Source: Camelus dromedarius
Taxonomy: Eukaryota
Reading direction: 5' to 3'
Length of the DNA stretch: 64,000 nucleotides
NCBI RefSeq assembly: GCF_036321535.1
Contig: NC_087437.1
Location: forward strand, 71,984,001 to 72,048,000
The first letter of the stretch is position 1. Each line of letters begins with the position of its first letter. The position numbers and the translations under genes are program-made. Below the pieces are notes generated by a model. The model did no database searches. It was not told where the DNA came from and saw only the letters and a program-made list of their open reading frames with translations. Shown piece by piece: positions 14,011-28,228 of the stretch.

Positions 14011-15199
14011 AGGCCTTGCTAAGAGCCACTCCACGACTCACAGACAGAGTGTGTGGCTGGGCCTTCGAAGTATTCTTATGGGCTGAGTGGAAGTCTGCTT
14101 TTGAGTGCTGCTGCCCCGCTGCTGGCGTCTGCCCCCACTCCAGAGCATGCTGTTCAGATCATGTAAGCCTGGGGAGGCATTCTGGCCCTGCCACTTATCA
14201 GCTGTGTGGCCTTGGCCAAGTTGCTTAAGACAACAGAGTCTCATTTCCGCTTCCACTTCTTGGAGGACCTGTGTGGCATTCAGCAATTGCTTGATGTTAT
14301 GTCATTTTTGATGACTCCTTCCCCTTACCTTCACTGTTGGACAATGAAAATGATCATTTCCTCCCTTCCCAGTTTTTTCATTCAGCCACACTGCTCGGTA
14401 GCAAAGAGCCTTCACCTGGTCAGGTGGATCTGAGTCAAGCAATCTGCCTGGCACTGGACTAGTGCTGGTGACCACTATTCAGCTAATGCCTCTCTGATCC
14501 AAAACACACACACACACACAAACTCACACACCCTGAGCCCCATTCAGAGCTACTGAATCAGAATCTTATAGTGATGAGGCCTGGAATCTATATTTTTTAA
14601 AGCTTCCACTCCTGGTTAAGAATGTTGTACCTATTCAGACTCCTGTATCCCATGAGAATCCATAACTATATTCTTTGAAAAACAGACAAATTACTTTTTA
14701 TCAGGCTGAGTAGATTCAGAGGCTGTGGCCACCGCAGTGACAAACGTAGGAACAAATTGAAAGGGATCGACTGGTCCAAGTCAGGGCTTACCATGTCACA
14801 GAAATCCCCCATCAAAAATAATGTTGTTGTTTGTTGTTTTCTACACACTGAAAAAGACTAGATTTCAGGCTTGGTTTTGCTAGCATCTTTTCTGGCTTAT
14901 TTTGGTTAAAAACAACCGTCACCCCATCATGGATCTCCTTTCCCTGACATCATACAACTCCTGTCTTTCTAAAGAGTCAAGGAATCCACAGAAGGAAAGG
15001 AGGGGTGTGTAACAGAGGAAAGAGGGATTACAGGCTGACTGTGAGGGTGCAGAGAGAAGAGAGGCAGAGCAGTGGTGAGGATGGCTGTGGCCTGAATGTC
15101 CCTTACATGCAGTTCTGGCAAGAGGACACAAAATTCAGCAAATCTGCACTGAGCTTTTCAGACATTTCCAACTTCTTGCTCTATAGCCCACACTTTTAG

Positions 15200-15262
15200 G
15201 TGTCTGTGTGTGTGTGTGTGTGTGTGTGCGTGTGTGCGTGTGTGCGTGTGTGTGGTGTGTGT
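15200..15262. repeat. (TG)n/(TGCG) microsatellite
   Basis: Directly visible in the sequence. Confidence 0.95.
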
Positions 15263-18044
15263 GATGGGGGCTGGGGGGTGGCTGTACCCTTAGAGTTGAA
15301 AATAAAAAAGCTCTCTCTATTGACTCCTGAATGGCTGAGATAAAGAGAACCACATGGGACTCATTGTTAGAAAGGAGAGCTCAGAAGCTGGCCTCCTTTT
15401 GCCCATTATTGTGCTATTTTCCTCCTTCCCCCTACCCCTCCCACCTCAAAATGCTCCCCTAGCCCCCACCCAACCCACACTACCCCCCAACAGCCCAAAG
15501 ACCCTCTTTTCACGCTCCCACTGCCGAGGCCCCCTCAACAGAGCCCAAGACCTCCATTCAGAGTCACTGGTTTGGGTAAAATCCCTCATTCACCTCCTCG
15601 CCATCCCCCTGCCCCATCAGCTGAGCCTCAGTTCAGACCTCACAAATCCAAACAAAACCAGTGCACAGAATTGATGGTTGCTGCTGGAGGACCCCCTCTA
15701 CTCTCTCCCCCGGGGGCTCCTGCCCAGGCAGCCTCTATTCTCCACGGTTCCCTCCCTCCCTGCCCCCAGCTCCCGCTGGAGTTTTGTAGTTAACAAGTGC
15801 ACACTGTGATTATTGTGCCCCCTATCATATTTATTCCTTTTCAGAGCTGATCTGCACTTTTGTCAGAGGCAACCGAGGCATCTTTTGACATTTTAGCCTT
15901 TCTGTCTGCCGGGGAGTGATGACAGTGGTGGCAGCAGGGGCAGCCCCGGCTTCTTAAGACGAGCGAGCAAGGCAGAACAAGGCAGAAATGAGGAAGAGGA
16001 GAACAAAACCCAGAAACAAGGGCGACTGCAGAGGAAAGAGGAGAACATTGTAACTTGTTAGCGACCCGATGCCAAAGAGGTAAGGGGAGGAGGACGCTAA
16101 TGAGTTTGACGACACTCCTATTTAAAGTGCTGTGTTTCTCAGTGAGGCTGCGAGGTGGCTAACTTTGTTAAAATGCTCAGCTAAACCTTCATTTTCACAA
16201 GTTCCCTAAAGTGGAGGGAAACAGGAGAGAGAGAAACAGAGAGAATGAGAAAGAGTGAAACCCAGAGAGATTCAGAGAGAACTATCAACAAAGAAAGAGG
16301 AAGAGAGAGAAAAGAAAGAAAAACATTTGTGGTGTTTAATCTGACACTCAGTTGAAAGTGGCTACTAGATCCAGCAAAGGTCTCTTGTGCCTTCTTAAAA
16401 TGTAAGCTTAGGAAGTGTCACCAGGATCCCCAAACTTTAGTGATCAGTAAACTTCCCAGATTCCTTCCTATCCACTTCCACTGAGAACCTTGCCATGGGA
16501 CAGAACTAATGCCAAAGCATTTTTCCAATTAATGATACAGAGAGTGCTGAAATATCAATGGAGAGGAACTTAAAGAAAACACAGCTAATCAATTTTCACT
16601 TGACCTCCCAGAGAGCAGCGTTTCTATTCCACTTGTACATATGAGGAAAGGAAGTTGAACAGCACCGTGATTTGCACAAAGCCCAAGGTGAAGAACATCT
16701 GACTGCTGGGCCCACAGCCAGCTTCCTGAAAAACTTCACGATTGTATTTCTAGGAAAGGATGCACTTATACCGATGAGGAAATCCAAATGATGACTTTCC
16801 AACGCGCTCCTTTAGGAGAAAAGTGTGTGTCCAGAACATTAAAGGAAGGGATTAGCCTGTGGGGTTAGTCATCTCCCAACTGGTTTTCTTTCCTTATAAG
16901 ACAAAAAGAGGAGTCTCATGAAAAGGCCATGTTGAGGGAGATGCTCTAAGTCTTCTTTGTTCAGAAGACTTTGTATTCTTCTCTTTTCTGAATAATATGT
17001 TGTCTTCTTAAAAGCCTCATCCTTCCAAATTGCTCAAAGCATTTACAAACATTAAATTTGTCGCAGGACAGTTATAGATGGCCTAAATGGTGGAAAAGCA
17101 AGTTTGGGGAAAGTAAATCTCTAGTGCAAGGTTACTCAGAAAGTCCATGGTAGAAGGAGGTCTAGAATTCATCATTCCTGGGCTCAATGTCATCCAATAT
17201 CTCCTTCAACAAAATTTCCAGTGGCTTACTCTTATTTTTAAGCCCAAGCTTTCCCCTTGTCTCCCTGTGCAAACTTAAAACACTGACCATTACACTTCTT
17301 ATCATCCTTCCTGTGATGTGGAACCTAATATTCTCATGGGTTTTACTTCTGAATAAACCCTTCAACCCTCACTTTATTCTCTCATCATACAATTTCTGCT
17401 CATACTAGGCTTGACTCACTTGTGTTCCAAGGCAGAAGCAGGATACCTGCCCCATACTCCCTTTCTAGGGAGAACAGGTACCCCAAGTGGTATAAGCAAA
17501 AAATAAAATATTGCTCCATGGTATTTGTATAGTGCTTCAGAGTTTACAAAGAGGCCTCATACAGCCTTTTAGTTGAACCTCATTATAGCCCTAAGAGTTT
17601 TCCAGAGGAGGAAACTGAGTCAGGCTTAAAGAGGTCATGTGTCCAAAGTCACAAAGCTAGGAAGCTGTATGTGTATTTGGGGAGGTGGTGGGCAGAGACA
17701 AGAACCCAGGTCTTTTAGGACTCAGGCACAGAATGTTGTGCTGGTGCTGGAGAATGAATTTTCTCTGTTTATCCTGAAGAAATTAACATTAGCAATACAG
17801 TCTCTGAAAACAAGTCAGCTTCAAAGAAAATTTGTAGGTTTGATAAGAGTATTTCTCAAGTCTTACTAAAGAACCTAGAACCACTACCTGAAAATCAGAA
17901 AGACTGCAACAAATGTAGGGTAAACTGTAATCTCTTTGGATGAGGGACCTGAGATCTGGGTGACACTGAAATGTTCTGACACATTGTGGGCATAATTTAT
18001 TCAGGTAGCCTGTACAAGCTTTGAGGTGAGAAATATCACCCATT

Positions 18045-18470
18045 TTTGAAAAGAATCTGTGTGTTCTCTAGATGTTGAGTGAAGTGTTCTAAATTAATTA
18101 GGTCAACAGTGTTGGTGTTCAATAGTGTTGTGCAAATCACCTATGTCTCCATTAATTTTTTGTCTAGTTATATCAATTGCTGAGAAAGGAAATAGAAATT
18201 ATTCTATTAATTGCATTAAAATATTTCTAACTGTGACTATGGACTTGCCTATTTGTGCCTTTGATTCCATTCACTTTTGCTCTGTATATTTTCACTTATT
18301 ATTTTATGTCTTCCTGTAGGATAGGTTCCTTTATTATGCAATGTCTCTCTTTATCTCTGGAAATATTCTGTCTTGAAATCTATTTCATCTGATATTAATA
18401 TAGCCATTCCACCCCTCTTATGCTTACTCTTTGTGTGGTTTTTTTTTCCCTACCCAGTTAATTTCAACCT
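18045..18470 (-). mobile_element. Old L1 ORF2 fragment
   Basis: Antisense L1-like text (TCAATTGCTGAGAAAGG...TCTGATATTAATATAGCCA). Confidence 0.7.
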
Positions 18471-19788
18471 ATACCATCCACTCAGAAGCAATAAATCTAA
18501 ATTTCTGTTTACTTAAGAGCCTTTTGTGAATTTCATTAATTTGAGTAAGATATTGAGAGTATGGTCATCTCTGGATAAATCAATACGAGGAAATTTCTGA
18601 ACCCAGAAAGTTAAAATCAAGTGCAGATGGCTCAGTTAACAGAAGTGGCCAGCTTCCTTGACCCATGTTGCAAGTTCATCTTCTGAACTCTCCATTTCTT
18701 TCCCTTCTCACTCAGACTTCCTCCACGTCTTCTCACATTTCCAACTGCCTTCTTTTTCTCTTCCTTTCTGGAAATTAAACACTAGTCCGTGACCTTGTCA
18801 CTTTTGTCCATGATCATTAGAGTTTTCTTCACCCAGACATCCCTGCCCCTCATCTCTCCCACCAAAAAACGCAAATAGGGAACCTCATTGAATTCTTTCT
18901 CCTGGGACTCTGTCCTCACTGCTTGTTTCCTTTTTAACCCCTTGGTTTGGTAATCTTTCTTGTGTGCTTCTTGAAATGGCTCACATTTTTCATGCTCCCT
19001 TCTCCTTCTTCAACTCTCTCCATAAAACTCACTTCTTTATCTTGGTCTCCCAGTTTTTTCTTCCTTTCCAGCCACATCAACTCAACTAGATGTCTCACTG
19101 TTTATTCAGTGTTTTGTTTATGTCTGAATCAGACAGTCAACGCCTTGAGGCCGGGGTTTCATTCTCAGAGTTCTGTGCTTTCCAAAATGCCATCTGCATT
19201 TACCACACTCTATAAATAATAAATAATCAGGCGAAAGAATCAGTAAACTGGTGCCAGATCACTGATTAGCATAAGTACTCAACACATCGAAAGAGTTGCT
19301 GCTGCTGACATAAAAACTTTTTCTCCAAGAAAAACAGAGCAATGAAAAAGAATCTTGGAAGAGATACTTGGTCACAGTCCCACTTGGACGATGTAGAGGA
19401 CAAACTGACTGTGGAGAGGAAGGTTCCCCAAGCTCCTTCTCGCCCGCTGTTTCTTAATGTTACATCCCTGTGGACTGACAGTGCTATAGGTCTTATTACT
19501 TCCCTGTACCCAGCCCCTAGCACAGTGCCTGACATAAAGGAGCCATAGAACAGACATAGTCTTGAACTGCTGACCCGAACCTAAAGAATTAGGGGGACAT
19601 TTAGCTCATTCCAGTGCCTAGCTATCGACTTATCTTTGAGACAGAACCTCACTCTTGACTAACTTGTGGACATATCCAGCTGCTACAGGAACTGGATTAC
19701 TACATTAAACTGTTTGATAGTCATAATTTGATGTTCGGAACAAAGAGAATTATGTGCAACAGGCCCTGGTTAAGAAAGAAGATGGACA

Positions 19789-20029
19789 GAGAGGGATAAA
19801 TTAGGAGTTTGGGATTAACAGATACATACTACTATATATAAAATAGATAAACAACAAGGACCTGCTGTATAGCACAGGGAACTATATTCAATTTTTTGTA
19901 ATAACATATAATGGAAAAGAATCTGAAAAAAAAAATGTATGTATTTGTGTAGCTAAATCACTTTGCTGTACACCTGAAACTAACTTTGTAAATCAACTAC
20001 TTCAATACAAAACAAAATTAAAAAAAAAA
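19789..20029 (+). mobile_element. 5'-truncated artiodactyl-type L1 3' end
   Basis: GGGATAAATTAGGAGTTTGGGATTAACAGATAC...CTGTACACCTGAAAC, poly-A. TSD-like AAGATG(G/C)ACA at 19779 and 20028. Confidence 0.85.
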
Positions 20030-20959
20030 GATGCACATATATATATTCATTTCCTATGTATAAATATTTATTTTAACATACATAAAATTAAAATACATAT
20101 AAAATATATATGAAAATGAATATATCTATAGCTATAATTTCAAAACAGTTCAATGAAAATATCTGATCCCTAAAGGGATACAACCTCAGTGACATAGAAA
20201 ACTCACAGAACAGAGGACTTACACTGAGGGCCCTAGTGTAGGGGGTGAAATTTCAGTTTATTGTCATTATATAGCCTAGCTATATACCTAGGCATTTCTT
20301 GCTTGCTCTAGAAATACATATACTACATCTTCTCATATGACGTATGGAGTTGGGGTTCTCCAGCCACTAAGGTGTGGTGTTCAGGTGCTCTGGGCATTGA
20401 TCTTCTCAACACTCACATCCAACAAGGCTGAGAATGAACATTCATCCATTCATTCGGGACACATTTCCTGAGCTCCTATGAACCTGCTCCTTCATGAATG
20501 AGATGTAGTGTCAGCCCTTTAGGAGGACAACAGCAGGGCCCTCAAGTTCTGCATAACTTGGAAGGTTCTTATGTTGCAGTTTTACTTTGGGATGGAAAGT
20601 GAAGTTGAGACTGATAAAGACATGACATTGATGGTCTAGATACCTTGCCTGTATCTTCTTAATTCCAAATGTGTGAGACTCCCCTCTTATCTGGGACAGA
20701 CCTGCCACTAACTAGGCTAACAGACAAAGACCTTGAGGGCAAGAGAGAAGACAGAAGCGAAAGAATAGACTGAGAAAATAAAGTAGAGAGATGTTGGGGA
20801 GAGAAAGCAGAGACAAAGTGAAGTATGCTCATGGAGGCAGGGTTGGTCCAGGGTGACTCTTGTGGATATTATGAGCCCAGTGTTTGTAGAGATTTGCGCT
20901 CCCTTTTGTGGCATGAGTTCAGTCTTGCAGCACAAGGCAAAGATTTGCTAGACTGGAAT

Positions 20960-23010
20960 GATTTCAATGGGAAAAAAAGACTAATTAGGACAGTTTCAAG
21001 CCCTTGGAGAGCCGGGGTATAGGCCTCTTGTTAGGAGGGGACATGTAGGAAGATGATAAACAATATACATTTTGGCTGTGTAAAGAGGATTTCCTCAAGA
21101 GGGCTCAGCTGCCTCTTCATCTAAGGGGCTCTGGATTTGTGAACTGGCTCAAATCTAGGGAATTGAATGAGGGACCACAAGTCTCTACTGTAGTGATTCA
21201 AGTCAGAGCTCTACTGAACAAACCTAGAGTTTTTCTCCTTTTACAAATCAAATAAGTCTTTAGTAGACTGTCAATCTACTCAGTTCTAGGGAGACCAAAA
21301 TTAACTAGTCAATGCCAGTGACTCAGAGGTCACTGAGTTTGGTTCCTTTGCCCATTATGGTAACCATATCCACCTTGTCTTTGGTGATTGCTGCCACTTA
21401 GCCCATGCCATCCCTGTATCTCATCATCCCCAGTGAATTCAGGGAGAACAGTTAAATGGCAACATAGAGCAGATTAAGGATGCTGGAGCTCCCTTCATGA
21501 ACATACTTCTTACAGAGCTGGTAAAAGGAGTGTCCTCTGGATTCCCTTGGGGGACATAGTTGGAAGAGGCAGGTCTTACAAGATAAACCCACTCTAGCAT
21601 CCATATCTCCTTAAGCCTTTAGTCACCGTATTCTGTGGCAGCCGAACTTTTTAGTCCCAGACTCCCTGGCATTCTTAGAATTTACTGGGAACCCCAAAGA
21701 GTTTTTGTTTATTTGGAAGACACTGGTAGCCCATGACACGCTGAGGCAAAATTTAGTTATGTTATTACGTATCACCTGCAAACACATCAGCTATCAACTT
21801 GGTGAAAAATGGCAAATAACATCATATATTACTACAAAAATAGCTTTGATCTTATGGACCCCATGAAAGGGTAATGGGCTGCCTCTAGAGTTCATTGGAT
21901 GATAGAGGAAGTTCTGGCATGTTTTTTGGGATAGGCCACCTTTGCATCCAGAATTCAACCAACCAACCCATGTTAGACCCATTCCCAGCTGCTCTTGGCC
22001 ACTCAAGCTAGTCCCCTGAATCCAGAATTTCTGTTTAGAGTACCCATCTCAATGAAATAGGCCATGTCAACAAATCCTTCCACTCTGACCCATCACCCCT
22101 AGGATCCATTCCCAAACATTTCCTCAGGATTCTGTCAGTAAAAATGGGCAAAATCAAGCAATTTTTTGTGTGTATGTTGCACTTTTTCATGGTTATCACT
22201 CTATGTTACCCTTTGAGGTGCGGGCTTGAGTCTGGCTGTAGGTCTAGAAGCAATGAGAATGCATGAGGGTAGGTCTGGAACATCAGCAGACTTCTACAAG
22301 GCAAACACCTCAGGATTGGCTGTTTCAGGATCTTCAGGTGAGGGGAGGCTAACTTCAGAAGTGAGAGGAAGGAATCCTCCCTCTAGCTAAGAAGACTCAG
22401 CAGAATTTAGGAGTTTAAGGTCAGGATTTGCCTGCATGTCTTCATTAAAATGTCAGCTGGGAATTTAAAGCCCTGAACTCACCATTTTCTTTCTCTACAG
22501 TTCTCCAGCAAACTAAGAAACATCCAGTTAGCTCCATCATACATCTTACTCTTACTAAAAATTTCCGATACCAGTGGCTTTGTCACAAAGAAGCCTTGAG
22601 TTCTAACGGCAATTGACTCCACGTATTTGCAGGTGACAGGTGATGACATAAGTAAGTTTTGCCTCAGCACGTCATGGACTACCAGGGTCTCCTTTACCAC
22701 TGGAAATAGCGTAATGACTGCCTTTAAATCTAATCAGATTAAAGTGACAATTCCAGAAATCCCAAAGCCAATTTAGAGAACTCATCCTTAAGGCTCTGCT
22801 TCCATGAAACCACTTCCAGTACTGATTTCTGTGTCAGTCAGGGTTTGTTGGGAGAAGCAGAGCCATGAGTGATACAGAGTGAGGGGCTTATAAAAGAGGT
22901 TAGACCTTGCACAGTCATGGGAGCTGGTTAAGCCATCTTTTTAAGGCTACACTTCTGTATCTGATGTTAGGCCCAGGGTCACCGGGGCAACAGTCCGGAA
23001 AGAAAATTAG
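20960..23010 (-). mobile_element. Degenerate ERVL/MaLR internal region plus LTR fragment
   Basis: LTR-like end TGTGTCAGTCAGGG at ~22830, preceded by CTTCCAGTAC. The internal text is decayed and interrupted by a DNA-transposon piece at ~21640-21890. Confidence 0.4.
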
Positions 23011-23689
23011 ACATAAACTGGGGAGAGTTTGTATTCTTTCAGTGCTTGCTATTGTGTGCTTTCTGCTCTTCTGGGCCCCCACAGTGATGTTCTTTGTCCA
23101 CCTGGTCACTACTGGCCTTTCTGGCATTCACGGCTAATGTCAGGGGCTGGCATAATACTTACTTAGGTCCCTTTTGGCTCCTTTGGGGATAGTAACCATC
23201 TCTGGCAGTCTGGCCTCATCTGTGGACCCCTCTGGAGTTGCGCTAAGACCTATATTGGGCCTTGGTCCAGGTGGTCCCCTGTGCTGAGTCTCATCCCACC
23301 CCAGGTAGGCAAGTCCTCTTTGGCAAGTTCTCTAGATAGATTCTCCAAGCCATGGGTAACTGAGGGTGGCTTGGAAAAGCTACATTTATATACTTTCACT
23401 GCTCACTACCCTGTACCCCTTGGTTTGCATTAAAGTAACACATCCCATGTTGTTTAAGAGCAGCACAGGAAGTCATCTCCTTCCAGAGCCCCAGGTGAAA
23501 CTGGAAGACAGAGTCCTCTCCTCAGAATTCACTGGACTTATTGGATGTTTCTGAAGTACCCCAGCCATTTCAGTTCACGGTCTGTGTACACATGTGCGTG
23601 AGCGAGAGTGAGTGAGAGAGCGTGACAGGGCGGAAATGGTTCTCTGGAGCTAGCAGTGTGCTGGTCATTTGGATCTGGGAGGGAATAAA

Positions 23690-23840
23690 AGGCTCTGGTT
23701 TGGAGTGTCTGCTGATTTCTGTGGTGTAAATACTCCCACCATGGCTGATTTCAAGCTATCAAAGATTTAACACCCTGCTCAGAAAATTTCTGAATTGAAA
23801 AAGTGACCATAATACTAGCCATGATAAGCTGACTCCGGCA
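23690..23840. mobile_element. hAT-like DNA transposon fragment (second copy at ~26325-26520)
   Basis: Both loci share the GGCTGATTTCAAGCTA-NCAAAG-TTTAACA core. Confidence 0.6.
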
Positions 23841-23987
23841 TTTGGTCACTTGGACCCTTTATCGACTTTTGTTTCCTTCTCATTTATCTATCTGTTTCTT
23901 CTCACAACCTCTCAGCCAGAAAGAGTGGCTTTCTTTTCTTTCCAATATATCACATCTTCCCTCTATTATGAGTGGTAAGCCTCTCGA

Positions 23988-24118
23988 CCAGGGGAACCAT
24001 ATAGTTTATCATCCAAACCAGGACTTTCAGGAGAGTGAAAGGGAGCACTTGTTACTATTCACCAGGGTAACAGGAGTAAACCAGGACTCTCAGAAAACTG
24101 GAGTGCATGGTTACCCTC
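23988..24118. mobile_element. MER81-like hAT-Blackjack MITE
   Basis: Inverted termini AGGGGAACCAT / ATGGTTACCCT. Confidence 0.65.
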
Positions 24119-24519
24119 TCACAATCGGGTCTCCAGAATCAGAAATTGTATCTTCTATAAAATATGGGAGATACTCTATCATCTGACTTTTCCAGGATTC
24201 CATCCCAAAGAAATTTAGGAAATCTACTTTCCCATCAAAACCTGGGCTTTAAGCCTGCTGTCTTGTTAAATAGGTCTCCAATGTGAAGGGCTACGAGGAA
24301 ACATCCAGCTGTTTAGTATTTTCATACCTTTCTCTGTCAATAAATATAAATCTCCTTATAGGCCATTAAAAGGAAAGTTCCATCTTTGAAGTCAGACTGG
24401 GATACCAGTTCAGGTTCTGCCATCAAACAGTTTGTGATCTTTAGCAAGTTTCTTAATTTCTTGGGGTCTCAGTTTCATAGTGCGTGATTAAGGGGTGAGG
24501 CGGAATTGGAGTTTAATGG

Positions 24520-24630
24520 TGTTACTGGACTTGCCTGGTACATCTGAGACTATCCTAATTTTAAAACTAAAATTCTGCATCCTAGAAACCTCCTCAGTCC
24601 TGGGAAAATTAGGATAGCTGGTCACCCTAC
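24520..24630. mobile_element. MER94-like MITE
   Basis: ...CTCAGTCCTGGGAAAATTAGGATAGCTGGTCACCCTA terminus. Confidence 0.55.
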
Positions 24631-26672
24631 AAGCCAGTAGAATTGTTATGAAGCTCACATATCAAGTAACCGTGCATCTCATTAGAGTTGCTGTCCTCAG
24701 AGCAGTATGAGGACGATTACCCAGTAAGAGTTTTTCAGCTTTGTTTTGCCCTTTGTCTCTTCAGTTCCACCTTATTCTCAGCTATGCAGGGGTCATCATC
24801 GGTTAGGTAGACCTGTCTGTGGATGATGACTTGGTCTCTGAAGTTATCTTAGTAAGAGTTAATTATTAGGGACAAAGTAAACATTTTGAAGATCGATCTG
24901 TTGTATTTCTTATTCCCCCGACTACCCTTATAAAGACCCTTTAAAGAAAACCTCTTGCTACAGAAAGTCCACGTTGCCAAAGGTGGACTTGAGTCTCCTA
25001 TTACTTCTGCTGGAATCATCAATGTAATCAGAGAGGCAGAGGATCGATCAAGCCATACATTCCATCCACCCCTTTGGGGCCCAGCATGGAACTGTTCTCT
25101 CACAGAGACTTTATTTTGACTGGCTTAATAAGAACCTCTCTTATTAAAATATAATGTGAGTCTAATGCTGATGACAAGATTGGACAGTAAGGACAGAACC
25201 AAATCTTCTATTCCTTGAGAAGGTTCAGCTGGTATAACCACAGCACAAGCTTCTCCCCTCCAGTCGGAGAGATGCAATCCTAACAGGTAGGAAACAGCTC
25301 TACAGAGGCCTTTTTGGTCCCATGAACTTACTCCGACTTGATGCCTCTACCTCAGCTGCCCCCTTACACCGGGCAGAATCAATGACAGAGGTAAGCCTCA
25401 GGATGACAACGTTTTTTTTCCATCTGGAAAGAACTGAAAATCTTCTTCAGTTTTGGTAGATTCCTCATTTTTGGTAGATTCCTAGGGAGTAAAGGCTGTC
25501 ATTTAAGAAATTATGACTTGGAACTCAACTTAGGAGAAAAGATCCCTTTTCCCCAATTACACCAGATGGTACATACACAGCACCTTCAAGCACACATACC
25601 AGCTCTTCAAGCATACATCCCTTTTCTAAGTTGGCAGGCCCTAGGAGGTTGGAATGAATAAACCCAATTTTTCTTGAAACAATGCATGCCCAATGTGCTG
25701 GCTGAGAGGGAGGGATTAATGAGTCTCAAGTTTTTCCTTTAATTCCACTCTGCTTCCCCCTACTTGTGTGTAAGTTACCTAGGAGATAGCAGTGGGAAAA
25801 GAAAGGGTTAGGAACCATCACAGTACCTGGTGGACAGTAGGGGTAGTGGATGAGACCTGTTTTCTGGCCCTGGCCATATCACTCGCTAACTGTATGACCT
25901 CAGTGTCATTTTACCTCTTTGGTTCTATTTCCATGATTCTAAGTGAGGGGTTGGGTTGAGTCATCTTTCCATCTCTAAAAGCTAATGAATTCATGCTTCG
26001 GCACCTTTTCTACTTTCTCCCTCTTTTCTTTGTTTGTACTCCTCTCTGCCTCTCCCTAGAAACTGAGTAGGCTGATGGGATGGCTTTGGTTAGGGATGAG
26101 GTGGGGACAGTGATTAAGACTGGCTGGGAAAAAACACAGATGTTTCTTTCCTCCCCTATACTCAAGTCCTGCTTTCAACGGGAGCTTCCCCAAGACACCA
26201 GATGGCTTTGCCCTTTTCTGGAGGCTGACTGTTCACAGGAGCCACCTTGTCCCTTCTCATGTTAGTCTTCGCAGTCCTTCTAAGTCTATCATCTCCAACC
26301 TTGGGGAGTATCTCTGTATGAGTACTGGCCCTGATGCACTGGCAAACTGGCTCTTTAAAACAAAGTCTTAATTTGTAGCATTTGTCTATTTTTACAGTAA
26401 AATATTACTTTTGTGGCTGATTTCAAGCTAACAAAGGTTTAACAGCCTGCTAGAGAGTTTCCTGAATATTTAACACTCTGTTCTCATGAGGCAGTGTGAG
26501 CTGACTGTAACACACCACTGGCCCAGCATAGATTGTAAATAGGAACCAGACCTTCTATTTCTTTCATCAGTCCATGATGTCAACACAACGCAGTGCACAC
26601 AGTAGGATACAAGTGAAGTCTTTGACTGACTGAGCCTCGTCATGACTCGATCAGTACAATCTTCCTTATTTT

Positions 26673-26960
26673 CTGCTATAGACTGAAGGCTGATATTTTC
26701 TCCAAATTCACATGTTGAAACCTAATCCCCAATGTGATAGAATTTGGAGGTAGAGTCTTTGGGAAGTGACTAGGTTATAAGGGTGGAGCCCTCATGATTG
26801 AGATTAGTGCCCTTACAAAAGAGATCCCAGAAAGCTCTCTTACTCTTTTCTGCCATGTGAGGACGCAGTGAGAAGATGACCAGCAATTGATGAACAAGGA
26901 AAGGCACCGTCACCAGACACCAAGTCTGCTGGTGCCTTGATTCTGTTACTTTGATTTTTA
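26673..26960 (+). mobile_element. MLT1A/B-type MaLR LTR (partial)
   Basis: TGCTATAGACTGAA...GTTGAAACCTAATCCCCAATGTGAT...GGGTGGAGCCCTCATGA...GCCATGTGAGGAC. Confidence 0.8.
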
Positions 26961-28173
26961 ATGTATGAAAACAGAATCAACTTTAACCTTCCCTGGTAGT
27001 ATCTTAGAAAAGAGAAGTTACTCCTAGAGATAAACTTAAGCAGCATGAATTCCATCTCACACTGGCATCTTCTTATGGTCCATGTCAGTGTCAAATGCTA
27101 TCCATGGTGATCTCTGGGAATTGACCATCAGGTCAGAAGAAAATTTTAGAGACCAAACTATTATTAGCAAATCAGATATTACTTCACAAAGCTTTGATAA
27201 ATTATACAAACTCTTCTTGGGCTTTTTCTATTTTAGTTCTTTTCTTGTTTAACTTTTGCCTTAACTTTGTTGTGTAAGCTTGCTTTAATAGGGCCAAGCC
27301 AGTTGTAGCTCTGGGACAAAGTGTTCCTTTTCCAGGCAGAGATGTTTCATCTGGAGCCAGACTTGACTTGTCTTTTAGTCATAATGTAAGCATGAAAGCA
27401 TGAAAATTAACAGCACAAATAAAGCTTTATGGCTTTTTTTAGCGACACTGAAAGCCAGGAAAGGCAATATCAGAATCCAATCATTAATCCTTCTTTCCTA
27501 TTAACTTGACTTCAATTTATTTTCCAGAATAAATATTTGACACATTTCTTCATTAGCATGGAGCTGGAGAAAGTGCAATAACTTTGGCTCAAGTGGGTTA
27601 ATACTGCTCTACCTTGGCAGTTCTGGCTTGTGGAGTTTAGTGTTGGGTTTATGATTCCTACCAGGCTACATGGCAAAGACTAAATAAAGAAGGCAATGAG
27701 GTTACTTGATGAGGGGAGGGGGGAGGGGGATCTAAGGTTGGAGAAGCCAAGAGCAGACATCAAAGGACAAACCTGAAGCATGCTGGCAAAGATGTGCTTA
27801 AGACAAAACTGTCCAACCACTGGCTATACTCACTCCCTGGAGTGCAATCCATTCTCCAAAGTGGAAAAACACAAGAAGACCACTAGAAATAGAGTGAAGC
27901 CTTCAACAAATTAAAAGCAGTCATATTCTTCACAGATTTCAGGAGCCAAAACATTAGGAAGTCAATTGCAAGTTAGATTAAGGAGCAGTGACAAATATGC
28001 ATATTTCAGGGGGGCACATGAGATCATTTTGAGAGGGCAGATTGGGGCTAGCCTGAAATAAAATTTTGTGATTTCTCTTAGCATCCCACCACCTCACCTT
28101 GCTTCTAAATCTCATGACTCCCCACCCTTTCCAAGGGCCTTCCGAATCCACCCATTCAGGGAGACACTGAATT

Positions 28174-28228
28174 CTTTTTTCTAATTAAAATTTTTTTAAT
28201 TTTATTTTTTATTGAAGTGTAGTTGACT
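28174..28228 (-). mobile_element. Ultra-short L1 3' tail
   Basis: The reverse complement reads AGTCAACTACACTTCAATAAAAAA..., flanked by CA(C/G)TGAATT. Confidence 0.55.

Noticed and set aside
25451..25484. Short tandem duplications (TTTTGGTAGATTCCT x2; also AAGGTACCGTTA at 33612, CTGGGATGAACAG at 46081, AGATCTGGAA at 62401)
   Set aside because: Ordinary slippage duplications with no evident function.
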